64,000 nucleotides of DNA from an uncultured Methanosarcinales archaeon (GTDB taxonomy: Archaea > Nanobdellota > Nanobdellia > Woesearchaeales > DATGWN01): contig CAZUXP010000002.1 in NCBI GenBank assembly GCA_964624275.1, forward strand, positions 497-64,496. The letters are read 5' to 3'. The translations under genes and the position numbers were made by a program. Positions 53,043 through 63,001 of the stretch are shown here, piece by piece. The notes under the pieces are model-generated. The model ran no database searches, was not told the origin of the DNA, and saw nothing but the letters and a program-made list of their open reading frames with translations. How positions within the stretch are numbered: the first letter of the stretch is position 1; each line of letters opens with the position of its first letter.

Positions 53043-54269
53043 CTATGAAAAGAAAAACGGTACTATCAATCCTGCAAGTAACATAGCTAAAAATACATTA
53101 CAGACCCAAACATACACTCTTTTTGCAACTTTTTTATTTTTAATAAACTGATTTGACATTGTTTGTACAATTTGACCACCATCAGTAATAAATAACGGTA
53201 AAAGATTTGTTAAACCAATGAAGAGGTTAAACAAGAATAACCATCGAACCAGTTCCATAAACCACCAAAAAATAGAACCTTGAGTCGAATATCCGTCTTT
53301 ATAATCTCGTTCATTATATAATCCTATTACTCCAATAACTGCTCGTGATTCATTATCTTCTGCAGTCGTTGTCTGGATTGTTTTTACTTGTAAAGTATTA
53401 TTTTCATAGTACCCAAGTGTTATATTATCGCCGACTTGAATGTTTTCTTGCATATCGTTGAAAAATATTGATGCATTCGTAATATTTTGTCCATTATAAT
53501 AGGTATAAACTTGACCAGCTTTTACTCCAGCTAATTCTGCAGGCATACTTTCGGTAATTTCCATAAATGACATTCCAACCGGCTCAGTCATATCTGCATA
53601 AAATGGTTGCATTACAAAAACTAATAGTAAAAAAAACGGAATTGCTAATAGAATGTTTGAAACAGGACCTGCGGTTAAAACTGCGTAACGTTTATACGGT
53701 TTAGCTTTTTCAAACTTTTTTGGATCAGGTTCAACAAATGCAGCAGGAATTATTGGTAAGAGTATGTTTAATACCGCAAATCCACTACTATTAACTGGTA
53801 TTTTATAATAACGTGCAACAACACCATGTGCAAATTCATGTACAGTTGCCATAATAAAGATTGCAATAATCCAATGTGAAAATGAAAGATACCCTAAGTA
53901 CGGAATATTCGTAAATGGAAGTGCTAACGTCACTCCTTGAACTTGTGGAGTATTAAATAATACATACACCAACCAAAACATTGCTAAGGATTGTATAAAC
54001 ATTCCAATAAAACCTAAAATAACTGAAATGAAACCAAATAATTTGATAGTTAAGGGATGTTTTTTTGCCATTGAATCCATAAACCCAATACCCCAACCAG
54101 TTTTAACAAGAATCATTGATATAATTGCAAAAGGACCAAATGACAGAATTTTTTGCGTATGAATTTTGTCTTTATTTTTTTTAAGATACACAATGAGCGT
54201 TAAGATTACAATCGCTAAAAGCATGAATTCGTATCGTTGTGTACTTATAAACTCTAAAAAACCACTCAT
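53043..54269 (-). CDS. site-2 protease (M50 family intramembrane metalloprotease) with PDZ domain
   Basis: HEFAHG in a TM helix, a PDZ-like AELAGVKAGQVYTYYNGQNI segment, and a C-terminal LDGG-type motif FITDGGQIV. Confidence 0.8.
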   Translation of the reverse strand: MSGFLEFISTQRYEFMLLAIVILTLIVYLKKNKDKIHTQKILSFGPFAIISMILVKTGWGIGFMDSMAKKHPLTIKLFGFISVILGFIGMFIQSLAMFWLVYVLFNTPQVQGVTLALPFTNIPYLGYLSFSHWIIAIFIMATVHEFAHGVVARYYKIPVNSSGFAVLNILLPIIPAAFVEPDPKKFEKAKPYKRYAVLTAGPVSNILLAIPFFLLLVFVMQPFYADMTEPVGMSFMEITESMPAELAGVKAGQVYTYYNGQNITNASIFFNDMQENIQVGDNITLGYYENNTLQVKTIQTTTAEDNESRAVIGVIGLYNERDYKDGYSTQGSIFWWFMELVRWLFLFNLFIGLTNLLPLFITDGGQIVQTMSNQFIKNKKVAKRVYVWVCNVFLAMLLAGLIVPFFFS

Positions 54270-54500
54270 GTTTGGTTTGAGAATTAACGTGTTTATAAAA
54301 TTTGCTTTTGTTAAATGTCAAATAGTATGTTTAACTTTTCTTGAAGTTTTAAAAGTATACTCTTAAAGTATTTTTTATTTCGAAACATAAAATCTTCAGT
54401 TATTGGAAAACCTTTCTATTATATTGAATTTTTATAAACAAACAAATACCACCTACTACTGAAACTTTTGTTGCAGAAATTAAAAAATCTCTCAAAAAAT

Positions 54501-57500
54501 CTAAGGACAAGTACTCCAAATTGGTTCATGTTCGGAGTTATCAAGAGAAAAAATATATCTCCAATAATCTGATATTCCAGAAACACACCATGAAGATAAA
54601 TCAAAAGAGTACGAACTAGAACCAAAATTAAACATCCCGTTCATGTCAACAACATTACTCACATCCCAGCTACTAATATCTTGATTAAACACTCTAGCAT
54701 TACTAAACATACTATTCATATAAACAACATTACCGACATCCCAATTATGTAAGGGTTGATTAAAGGAACCCGTGCCATAAAACATATGACTCATGTCAAT
54801 AACCGAAGAAACATCCCAATCATCAATATTTTGGTTAAAACTATCTGCACCATAAAACATATGGCTCATATCAATAACCGAAGAAACATCCCAATCACCA
54901 ATATCTTGGTTAAAACTATCTGCATCATAAAACATATAACTCATATCAATAACATTATTTACGTTCCACTCGTTTAATGATTGATTAAAAGAGGACGTTT
55001 TTCGAAACATCTCTTTCATACTAATTACATTTTGTACATCCCAACGATTAATATCTTGATTAAAAGAAATAGCACCATAAAACATACGACTCATATCAAT
55101 TGCGTTATTCGTATCCCAATGACTAATATCTTGATTGAAAGAATTCGCAAATGCAAACATCTCACTCATATCAATTACATTACTCGTATCCCAATGACTA
55201 ATATTTTGATTGAAAGAATTCGTGTAATAAAACAATCTACTCATATCAGTAACATAAGAAGTACAAATTTTTGTATAATCACTCATCGATGGATTCATTT
55301 CTTTTTTTATAATATTATCGTCAACAACTAAATAACTTTCACCATTTACCGAAACAGTACTTCCAACCAACGCATTATTACAAACTATTGTACCAGAACT
55401 AAGTTTTTGAGCTTCTCTAGGTCTATTATCATCATTACAGTTCCAAGTCGGATAATTTTGAGACAATAGGTGTGAAAGTGCAAAATTATAAGGCTTAGAA
55501 TTTATTCTTGGAGTACACCAACTACTAATATCTTGATTAAAATTAATTCTACCCCAAAACATATTATCCATATTACCAACATTACTCACATCCCAACTGC
55601 TAATATCTTGATTAAAAGAATCAGCACCATAAAACATACCCTTCATATCAATAACATTATTAACATTCCAATCGTCAATATCTTGATTGAAAGAAGTAGC
55701 ATCTCTAAACATATAATTCATATTTGTCACAGAACTTACATCCCAATTATGTAAGGGTTGGTTAAAAGATATTGCATCTTTGAACATGCCACTCATATCT
55801 CTAACATTGCTAACATCCCAACTACTAATATCTTGATTAAAACTACTTGCACTCTCGAACATGTTACTCATATATCGGACATTACTGACATCCCAGTTAT
55901 CCAATGGTCGATTAAAACGTGCTCCGAACATGCCACTCATATCTCTAACATTACTGACATTCCAATTATTAATACCTTCTGGATACGATCCGGAAAGCAT
56001 ACCACTCATATCTCTAACATTACTAACATCCCAATCACCAATGTCTTGACTAAAAGAAATAGCACCGTGAAACATATCACTCATATCAATAACAGAACTC
56101 ACGTCCCAATGACCAATATCTCGATTAAAAGACCAAGCTCCATCAAACATACCAGTCATATCTTTCACATTACTCACATCCCAATGACTAATATCAGGAT
56201 TTAAAGACCGCGTTAAATGAAAATCCCAAGTTGAAAAAATATCATTCATAACAGTTACATGAGAAGTACATATGTTAGGATATTCATTAAAATTTCTTTC
56301 GAGTCTGAAATTAAGAAACATTTCATCATTCACAACTAAGTAATCTTTCCCATTAACAGTGACATACTCACCAGGAGGGGTATCTTTACAAGTGATAGTT
56401 TCCATAGACGTTTCAGATGGTTCAGTTTCCACTAAACCCCTATCAGGACAACTTCCCCAATCCGGTTTAAATTTTTCAATTAAATTTTCATTAAATCGAA
56501 TTGGTTCATCTTGTATATTGGAAACGCACCACATAGATAAATCCTGATAAAACATATCGTTTTGATAAAACATCGCACCCATTTCAGTCACTGCGCTAAC
56601 ATCCCAATTACTAATATCTTGGTTAAAAAAAGAAGTTTTATGAAACATACCACCCATATCTCTAACATTACTTACATCCCAATTATGTAAGGGTTGATTA
56701 AAAATTTCAGTATTTCCAAACATACCATTCATATCAGTAACAGCACTTACATCCCAGTTATTTAAGGGTTGATTAAAAACAGCTCCATTAAACATACCAC
56801 CCATATCTCTAACATTACTTACATTCCAATTATGTAAGGGTTGATTAAATAATTGGTTATCTTTAAACATTCCACTCATATCGACAACATTACTCACATC
56901 CCAATTACTAATATCTTGATTGAAAGAATTCGCACTATAAAACATCCTACTCATATCAACGACATTACTCACATCCCAATTACTAATGTCTTGATTAAAT
57001 GATCTTGCGTGAGCGAATAAATCACCCATATCAGTCACATGTGAAGTACAAATATTAGTAAAATCATCGCTTAGAGGATCCATATCATGTAACATAGTAT
57101 TATCAACAACTAAGTACTCATTACCTTCAACAGTAACCGTTTCACCAGGAGTTGCATCATAACAAATTATTATGCTTGCAGATAATAAACCGCCACTATT
57201 CGTATTCGAAGTACCCGTATTACTATCTCCCGAATTATCATTATCGTCAGTAGTATCATCTCCCGAATTATCATTATCGTCAGTAGTATCGTCTCCCGAG
57301 TTATCATTATTCGTATTCGAAGTGCCCGTATTACTACTTTGATCATTTTGTGATTGACAAGAATTCACAGTTGATAACTGTATTGAATCATCTTTTGGAC
57401 ATTGGACAAACCAACTATTAAAACCATATGACGAACCATCTGCTAAACTTGGATGGCATTCTCTTGACCAACAACTTCCTTGTGTGCATCCAGTCCCCCA

Positions 57501-58601
57501 ATCAGTTTTCCAGTATTGTGTTTCTTCCATGCAACCATTTTCGTCATAAACTATGTTTGAATCGAAATTAGTATTTTGATTACCATTATTATTCGAATTA
57601 TCATCAACCGTATTAGTATTATCACTTAAATCACCAGTGTCATCATCACCAACAGAACAAACTGCAACACAATTAGTAGTACATTGCTGAGAATCAGTAT
57701 GACGACAAGCACTTGCACATGAATTAAATGTACCACCTAATTCATCACACGAATCAATTGAAGTCAAACCTTCACACTCATCAAATTCTGACAACCACGT
57801 GCCACCTAAATTTTCACATCGTGATTGAAGAGTTTCTCCCACGTCACCAGGGCCATTATTTGGAGGTGTTGCTGTTACCGAAGTACTTCCAGGAAATCCT
57901 GAAGCGTCATCTGGTGGTTGAATACATGCACCATCACTACAACCATAATCACAATCAACACTTACTGATTTTCTTAAGTTATCTTCGCAATAATTTTCTG
58001 CGAGTGCATTATTAGAACAAGAATCTTCATATTCATACGAATCACTATTAATCATTCCACTAACAGTTCCTTTTTCATAAATGTTATATCCGCCATCAGT
58101 ATCTTCACAAGTATTTTGCGAAGCTCGTGTAATTTCAAATATTTCAATTTGCCACCGATTATCATAACAGTCAAAACTGCCGTCCGAATCTCGATTACAA
58201 GAATATCCTGCAACAAAAAACTCATCGTTTCCATCAGTCATACTCAGTAAATAACTACATTCAAAGTTTAGCGTAAAAGATTCTTCGTCAACGTACCATT
58301 TCTTGTTATCAACGGAATATTCGGCCCATGACGAATCAGATTCATCATAATAATAGACTGTTGACCAGATAAACTCATTTTCTGTTGGTTCAAAAGTCAT
58401 CGTGACACTTTCACCAGAATTACATTCAATTATATCTTCACTAACAAGAGTACTGCCAGAAAAAGGAATTGTGTCAGAAACAACTGATCTGTAAAAATTC
58501 CCTGCAACACCTAGAGCGTTTGGTTCAGGCGGATATTGTGAAGCGCAACCGGCTACGAAGAATAAACAAATAAACATTAAGAATATTAATTGATACCTCA
58601 T
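54501..58601 (-). CDS. giant DUF285-repeat surface lipoprotein
   Basis: Lipobox signal peptide MRYQLIFLMFICLFFVAG|C. Cys-rich N-terminal modules; an N/D/S/T-rich low-complexity spacer with GDDTTDDNDNS repeats. Three arrays of ~26-aa FNQDISxWDVSNVxDMSxMF units (Pfam DUF285 type), each preceded by a CxxTPPGExVTVxGxxYLVV module. Confidence 0.8.
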   Translation of the reverse strand: MRYQLIFLMFICLFFVAGCASQYPPEPNALGVAGNFYRSVVSDTIPFSGSTLVSEDIIECNSGESVTMTFEPTENEFIWSTVYYYDESDSSWAEYSVDNKKWYVDEESFTLNFECSYLLSMTDGNDEFFVAGYSCNRDSDGSFDCYDNRWQIEIFEITRASQNTCEDTDGGYNIYEKGTVSGMINSDSYEYEDSCSNNALAENYCEDNLRKSVSVDCDYGCSDGACIQPPDDASGFPGSTSVTATPPNNGPGDVGETLQSRCENLGGTWLSEFDECEGLTSIDSCDELGGTFNSCASACRHTDSQQCTTNCVAVCSVGDDDTGDLSDNTNTVDDNSNNNGNQNTNFDSNIVYDENGCMEETQYWKTDWGTGCTQGSCWSRECHPSLADGSSYGFNSWFVQCPKDDSIQLSTVNSCQSQNDQSSNTGTSNTNNDNSGDDTTDDNDNSGDDTTDDNDNSGDSNTGTSNTNSGGLLSASIIICYDATPGETVTVEGNEYLVVDNTMLHDMDPLSDDFTNICTSHVTDMGDLFAHARSFNQDISNWDVSNVVDMSRMFYSANSFNQDISNWDVSNVVDMSGMFKDNQLFNQPLHNWNVSNVRDMGGMFNGAVFNQPLNNWDVSAVTDMNGMFGNTEIFNQPLHNWDVSNVRDMGGMFHKTSFFNQDISNWDVSAVTEMGAMFYQNDMFYQDLSMWCVSNIQDEPIRFNENLIEKFKPDWGSCPDRGLVETEPSETSMETITCKDTPPGEYVTVNGKDYLVVNDEMFLNFRLERNFNEYPNICTSHVTVMNDIFSTWDFHLTRSLNPDISHWDVSNVKDMTGMFDGAWSFNRDIGHWDVSSVIDMSDMFHGAISFSQDIGDWDVSNVRDMSGMLSGSYPEGINNWNVSNVRDMSGMFGARFNRPLDNWDVSNVRYMSNMFESASSFNQDISSWDVSNVRDMSGMFKDAISFNQPLHNWDVSSVTNMNYMFRDATSFNQDIDDWNVNNVIDMKGMFYGADSFNQDISSWDVSNVGNMDNMFWGRINFNQDISSWCTPRINSKPYNFALSHLLSQNYPTWNCNDDNRPREAQKLSSGTIVCNNALVGSTVSVNGESYLVVDDNIIKKEMNPSMSDYTKICTSYVTDMSRLFYYTNSFNQNISHWDTSNVIDMSEMFAFANSFNQDISHWDTNNAIDMSRMFYGAISFNQDINRWDVQNVISMKEMFRKTSSFNQSLNEWNVNNVIDMSYMFYDADSFNQDIGDWDVSSVIDMSHMFYGADSFNQNIDDWDVSSVIDMSHMFYGTGSFNQPLHNWDVGNVVYMNSMFSNARVFNQDISSWDVSNVVDMNGMFNFGSSSYSFDLSSWCVSGISDYWRYIFSLDNSEHEPIWSTCP
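54580..57040 (-). repeat. arrays of ~78-bp coding repeats (DUF285 units) within the lipoprotein gene
   Basis: At least 25 recognisable FNQ(D/P)(I/L)xxW(D/N)VSxVxDM(S/G)xMF units at the protein level. Confidence 0.7.
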
Positions 58602-58688
58602 ACGTAATTTTCGGATGATAATTATTTATAAATATATCGATTTAATTAAAACAGAAGTTTTATTAAAATATATGGATTTACTCAATAA

Positions 58689-59321
58689 ATGGCAGAGTTA
58701 CATTGGCTAGGACACAGTAGTTTTTTACTCGAATCGCGGCAATTAAAAATATATATCGATCCATTTCAATTAACCAAAGATGAGCCAAAAGCAGATTTTA
58801 TTTTTTTGACACATTCTCATTATGACCATTTCTCACCTAAAGATTTACGCAAAGTTTCAACAAATAATACTGTATTCATTACAAGTCAAGATATTCAGTT
58901 AGAAGACATACCACATAAAGAACATATCAAACTTAAACCAAATGAATCAAAAAGATTAGAGTCCTTAATAATTCAAACCGTTCCTGCGTATAATATTGAT
59001 AAAAAATTTCACCCAAAAGAAAATGATTGGATTGGATTTATTATTGAATGGGAACACACTCGATATTATTTTGCAGGTGATTGTGATAGAATACCAGAAT
59101 TTGAAAAATTAACTGAAATTGATATTGCCATAGTGCCAATTTCTGGAACATATGTCATGACTGCATCAGAGGCCGCAAAAGCAGTTTGTGAGGATTTAAA
59201 ACCTCAACTTGCCATACCTTGTCATTATGGATCTATTATTGGAACTGACGAAGATGCAGACGAGTTTTTCCAATTAGTTTTAGAAAAAGGATATGTTGCC
59301 CAAATCTTAAAAAAAGAATAA
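58689..59321 (+). CDS. MBL-fold metallo-hydrolase
   Basis: THSHYDH metal-binding motif, a distal D and H, 210 aa. Confidence 0.8.
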   Translation: MAELHWLGHSSFLLESRQLKIYIDPFQLTKDEPKADFIFLTHSHYDHFSPKDLRKVSTNNTVFITSQDIQLEDIPHKEHIKLKPNESKRLESLIIQTVPAYNIDKKFHPKENDWIGFIIEWEHTRYYFAGDCDRIPEFEKLTEIDIAIVPISGTYVMTASEAAKAVCEDLKPQLAIPCHYGSIIGTDEDADEFFQLVLEKGYVAQILKKE

Positions 59322-59333
59322 AACAAAAGAAAT

Positions 59334-59498
59334 CTATTTCTTCTTTTTTGGTCGAAGTTTATTTGTTCCTTGCGGACCTCGACTTTTGATTTTCCCAGCT
59401 AACACTTTGAGTGGTGGAGCTCGAATTTTTTTCTTCGTTACTTTATCCACATATATATTTTGGAATAATCGGGTATTTGCTTCTTGAAATTTTGCCAT
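59334..59498 (-). CDS. small basic protein resembling ribosomal protein L40e but lacking the zinc-ribbon cysteines
   Basis: 54-aa ORF MAKFQEANTRLFQNIYVDKVTKKKIRAPPLKVLAGKIKSRGPQGTNKLRPKKKK. The N-terminal MA(R/K)F.EA..RlF and C-terminal LRPKKK fit L40e; no Cys. Below the 60-aa track cutoff. Confidence 0.4.
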   Translation of the reverse strand: MAKFQEANTRLFQNIYVDKVTKKKIRAPPLKVLAGKIKSRGPQGTNKLRPKKKK

Positions 59499-59518
59499 TA
59501 TATTAATCTCCTAATTAA

Positions 59519-59920
59519 TTATTTTACTTGTTTAATTACTTTATCTTCTAAAATTTCCCAATAAAGTATTTCTTTTCCTTCCACGACTTGTCCCTGCAAA
59601 TCTTCAGGAATGGGTAAGTCAAATGTTTCATATGTTTCCATATCCATTAAATTTGCTAAATTATCAGTAACAGAAAGCACTTGTGCAGATTTTTTTCCAA
59701 CTATCGGAACTTGAACTTCATCGTGACCCGGAAGAACTAAATTTCGTTTTTTCCCGTCAAGCATACCTACAGCCATCATATTAACCTTTGCATGACCGTG
59801 TTTTCCTGGACGTGATGTTTTTGTGTCAACAATTTTACATGCAACCCCATCAACAACAATAGAATCACCTTTTTTTAAACTTCCGACGCTTGCGTGTTTT
59901 GTTTCTCCTGCCATAATCAT
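59519..59920 (-). CDS. eif5a: translation initiation factor 5A (aIF5A)
   Basis: Hypusination loop TSRPGKHGHAKVN and an OB-fold C-terminus. Confidence 0.9.
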   Translation of the reverse strand: MIMAGETKHASVGSLKKGDSIVVDGVACKIVDTKTSRPGKHGHAKVNMMAVGMLDGKKRNLVLPGHDEVQVPIVGKKSAQVLSVTDNLANLMDMETYETFDLPIPEDLQGQVVEGKEILYWEILEDKVIKQVK

Positions 59921-59963
59921 AACCTCAATAATAAGTGTATGTCTTTAAGAAAAAAATGGGCAT

Positions 59964-60863
59964 TTATAAATCTTTATGTTTTTTCTGATGATATTTGTGA
60001 ACGATAATTGGAATAATACAACCAATACCCAAGAATACTAAGGCAAAAATTCCGTGATTCGGTGATTCTAAAACTGGAATAATTTGGCGAATTGGTAAAA
60101 TTAAACTCCCTAAAACAACGCCCATTAACAAATACACTGTTTTATCATGCGCAATTTTGAGTAAGTAAGATACGAATCGACTAACAACATACATTCCAAC
60201 AACTGCACCAATTGCAAATAAAAGTAATATCCCAATATGTGAAAATGGTGATTTGATTGCGTTAATAATTTGAGAATATTTTCCTAATAGTAATAATATA
60301 TATGATCCTGAAATTCCTGGTAAAAAGAGTGCAAAAATTCCAAAAAATCCGCTTAATGTAAACATCCACCAAGAATCAGGTGTTTGAGTTGGAATTAAAA
60401 CCGCTAATACAATTCCCAAACTTCCCCCTAGTACAAAATATGCAAATAAATCGAGTGTTTTCTCATGTACTCTTTCTTTAAGATAAAATAAACTTACAAT
60501 GATAACTCCTACAAAAAAACTCATTGTTTGCACAAAATAATAGGTTAATAAATACGAAACACCATGTGCTCCAAAAAATATTGCAAGCCCAATTCCTAAA
60601 CCTAATGGGACAAAAAACTCCCAATCTGTTTTCAAAAAATGAATTCGTGATTTATGCCACGCAGATGTTCTCCCCGTAAACAAAAATTTAAAAAAAAACA
60701 ATAACCAAAAAATGTTGAGTTCTTTAATTCCCGTAATCAGTCGTTCATATATTCCCGTAATAAATGCAATAGTTCCACCAGAAATTCCTGGAACCAAATC
60801 ACAAATTCCCATTGTGGTTCCTTTTAAAAAAAAAGGAAATTTATCTGTCATACTATTACGCAT
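59964..60863 (-). CDS. DUF368-family membrane protein (putative polyprenyl-phosphate transporter)
   Basis: Signature GICDLVPGISGGTIAFITGIYERL, repeated as LFLPGISGSYILLLLG, and about 8 TM helices. Confidence 0.5.
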   Translation of the reverse strand: MRNSMTDKFPFFLKGTTMGICDLVPGISGGTIAFITGIYERLITGIKELNIFWLLFFFKFLFTGRTSAWHKSRIHFLKTDWEFFVPLGLGIGLAIFFGAHGVSYLLTYYFVQTMSFFVGVIIVSLFYLKERVHEKTLDLFAYFVLGGSLGIVLAVLIPTQTPDSWWMFTLSGFFGIFALFLPGISGSYILLLLGKYSQIINAIKSPFSHIGILLLFAIGAVVGMYVVSRFVSYLLKIAHDKTVYLLMGVVLGSLILPIRQIIPVLESPNHGIFALVFLGIGCIIPIIVHKYHQKKHKDL

Positions 60864-60923
60864 GTTGTTTTGTTATTATAAACCTTGTTATTTAAGAACC
60901 ATTAATTTTTTTTTGATAAAAAC

Positions 60924-61985
60924 TCAAACACCATAACATCGATAAATCCACTTACGCATACCTTGTGATTGAGAATATCTTGAATCATTTTGTTTTTGAG
61001 GATGATAATATTCCCACACAATTTCTTTTTGCGAAGTTAGTTCAAACACTCTTCCTTTTTCAGATTCAGTTATTAAATAATTACTATTTGGTAATTTTTC
61101 CACAAACCCTCTTGATTCAGAAAAAAAAGAATTGTCTCTATACTCAAATGTTATGTGTTTAGTCACTGGATGAAACTCTATAATTCTTGACCAACCTCTG
61201 TATCGACCATTGTCAAACAATAGTATGTTGCCATTTTCTAATAGTTGAGCTGCATGTTGTCCTTGAATTTCTTGTTTAATATTATTTTGACTTATCGACC
61301 AAACTATTTTTTTGGTGTTTGCATCGATAATAAAAAGTATCGAACCATGTCGTGCTGAAATAAGCCAATTACCGTGTTTAAAACGAGAATCTTCTTTTTC
61401 CAAAATGTTCTTTGGAAGTACTTGAAACGAATTAAACCGGTAGTAATCATAAAATCCACCAAATGGACTTTTTGTTTTTCGCTTCATTCCTGTTGGAATT
61501 AACAGTACATCAAAAGGCATTTTTTTATGATGTTTTTGTAATTCTTGTAAATACTCATACGAAGACCAACGTTGGAGTTCTTTTCCTTTGTAGTCAAATT
61601 CAATGATTATATCAAAATCAACTACTCTTCCCTTATACTTTTTTGTCTCTTTTGTAAAGGTAAAAAACGATTTTGTTTGTGGAAATATATCGTGATGTAT
61701 AGGAATTTTTTTAGACCAGATTTTTTTGTTTTTTTTTGTGAATAATCCAAATTCTTTTGATTCATATTCTCTTTGTGCTAAATATCCTTTTTCACAAAAT
61801 ACTGAAAGATATTTAAATGAATATTCTTGCTTAACACTTCCTTTCCAATCGATTAAAAAACCATCAAAGAGTCTATCACATCTACACACTTTTTTTTTAT
61901 CATACATGTGCACGCCAGATAAAGATTCATCAAAGTTTGATTCTAATTTTTCTAAATTCCGTTTTATTAAGTCTGCAAAACTCAC
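60924..61985 (-). CDS. beta-propeller protein, arylsulfotransferase (ASST)-like
   Basis: HGNWLISARHGSILFIID and GQHAAQLLENGNILLFDNG motifs. Paralog of 63002-64000. Confidence 0.35.
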   Translation of the reverse strand: MSFADLIKRNLEKLESNFDESLSGVHMYDKKKVCRCDRLFDGFLIDWKGSVKQEYSFKYLSVFCEKGYLAQREYESKEFGLFTKKNKKIWSKKIPIHHDIFPQTKSFFTFTKETKKYKGRVVDFDIIIEFDYKGKELQRWSSYEYLQELQKHHKKMPFDVLLIPTGMKRKTKSPFGGFYDYYRFNSFQVLPKNILEKEDSRFKHGNWLISARHGSILFIIDANTKKIVWSISQNNIKQEIQGQHAAQLLENGNILLFDNGRYRGWSRIIEFHPVTKHITFEYRDNSFFSESRGFVEKLPNSNYLITESEKGRVFELTSQKEIVWEYYHPQKQNDSRYSQSQGMRKWIYRCYGV

Positions 61986-62413
61986 TGTAAATCCTCATAT
62001 GTTTTCTTTGTAAAACGATACACTTTTTCTGCATACTCAATAGATAAAATCTTCCCATAATAAATAATACCATTTCTAAAGTATCGGATATCATTTAAAA
62101 ATTGCACATCAGCTTCAGATAATCCTTTTTCACGAACGTATGCAACTTCAGCTTCATGTGCACCATGACCTGATGCATTGAGTCCTTCTAATAACATTTT
62201 TGCACGTATAAATTCCATCAACATATCGTAACAATCTTTAACTATAGATTTTACCGAATCATCGTCAAAACCTAATACATCAATTCTTCGTATAAGAGCT
62301 CGAAGCGACATTTCAACTTCATTTTGTAAAAATTGTGATCGAGATGTATCGGGTACTTGTTTTCTGACTACACCTCTTCTTACATAATCTTCAAATGGTT
62401 TTAACTGATTCAT
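61982..62413 (-). CDS. HEPN-domain protein (partner of the upstream MNT)
   Basis: 4-nt overlap with the MNT gene; all-helical 143 aa in HEPN/MNT arrangement. Confidence 0.5.
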   Translation of the reverse strand: MNQLKPFEDYVRRGVVRKQVPDTSRSQFLQNEVEMSLRALIRRIDVLGFDDDSVKSIVKDCYDMLMEFIRAKMLLEGLNASGHGAHEAEVAYVREKGLSEADVQFLNDIRYFRNGIIYYGKILSIEYAEKVYRFTKKTYEDLQ

Positions 62414-62829
62414 AATGAAACTGCTCCAGATAACACTATCCCATTACACAGATTTTCTTTCATGTTTTTATGTATTTCTCTAAAATTATCGAAAAAACTA
62501 ATATTTATCGTTTTTCCAAACTCAGCCTTATATACGGCAAAATCAATATTTTTACGTTTGACTCCGATAACTCCAATATCAATATCAGAGGTATATATGT
62601 CATCCCCTCGAGAATAACTTCCAAACAAAATTATTGTAGCTCCAGGATATGAATTTTTTAAAAAATCTCCTAAACCACTTGTATAAACTTTCGTAATATT
62701 CCAATATTGTTTCAAACCCATAATAAAATCATTTTCTTCATTTATATGAATTGAGGTACGGTTTTCAGATTTTGTTAGAATTACAAAATCTTTTTCAATA
62801 AGATATGGTAACGCTTTTTTCACAGCCAT
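62410..62829 (-). CDS. minimal nucleotidyltransferase (MNT)
   Basis: GSYSRGDDIYTSDIDIGVIG NTase motif. A 41-codon HTH-like ORF (62830-62952) sits just upstream, separated by a stop codon. Confidence 0.7.
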   Translation of the reverse strand: MAVKKALPYLIEKDFVILTKSENRTSIHINEENDFIMGLKQYWNITKVYTSGLGDFLKNSYPGATIILFGSYSRGDDIYTSDIDIGVIGVKRKNIDFAVYKAEFGKTINISFFDNFREIHKNMKENLCNGIVLSGAVSL

Positions 62830-63001
62830 TTACGAACAACCTATTTTTGTTGCGATTTGTTTTTGACTCACAAAACAACCTTGAGATGCATATAATTGAC
62901 TCAAGATTCCTCTTTGAACTAAACTAAACTCACCTTTATAATTATAAACCATAGTTGATTATAATAAACTTAAGTTCATAAAACTTTTGAATATCTTGCA
63001 T

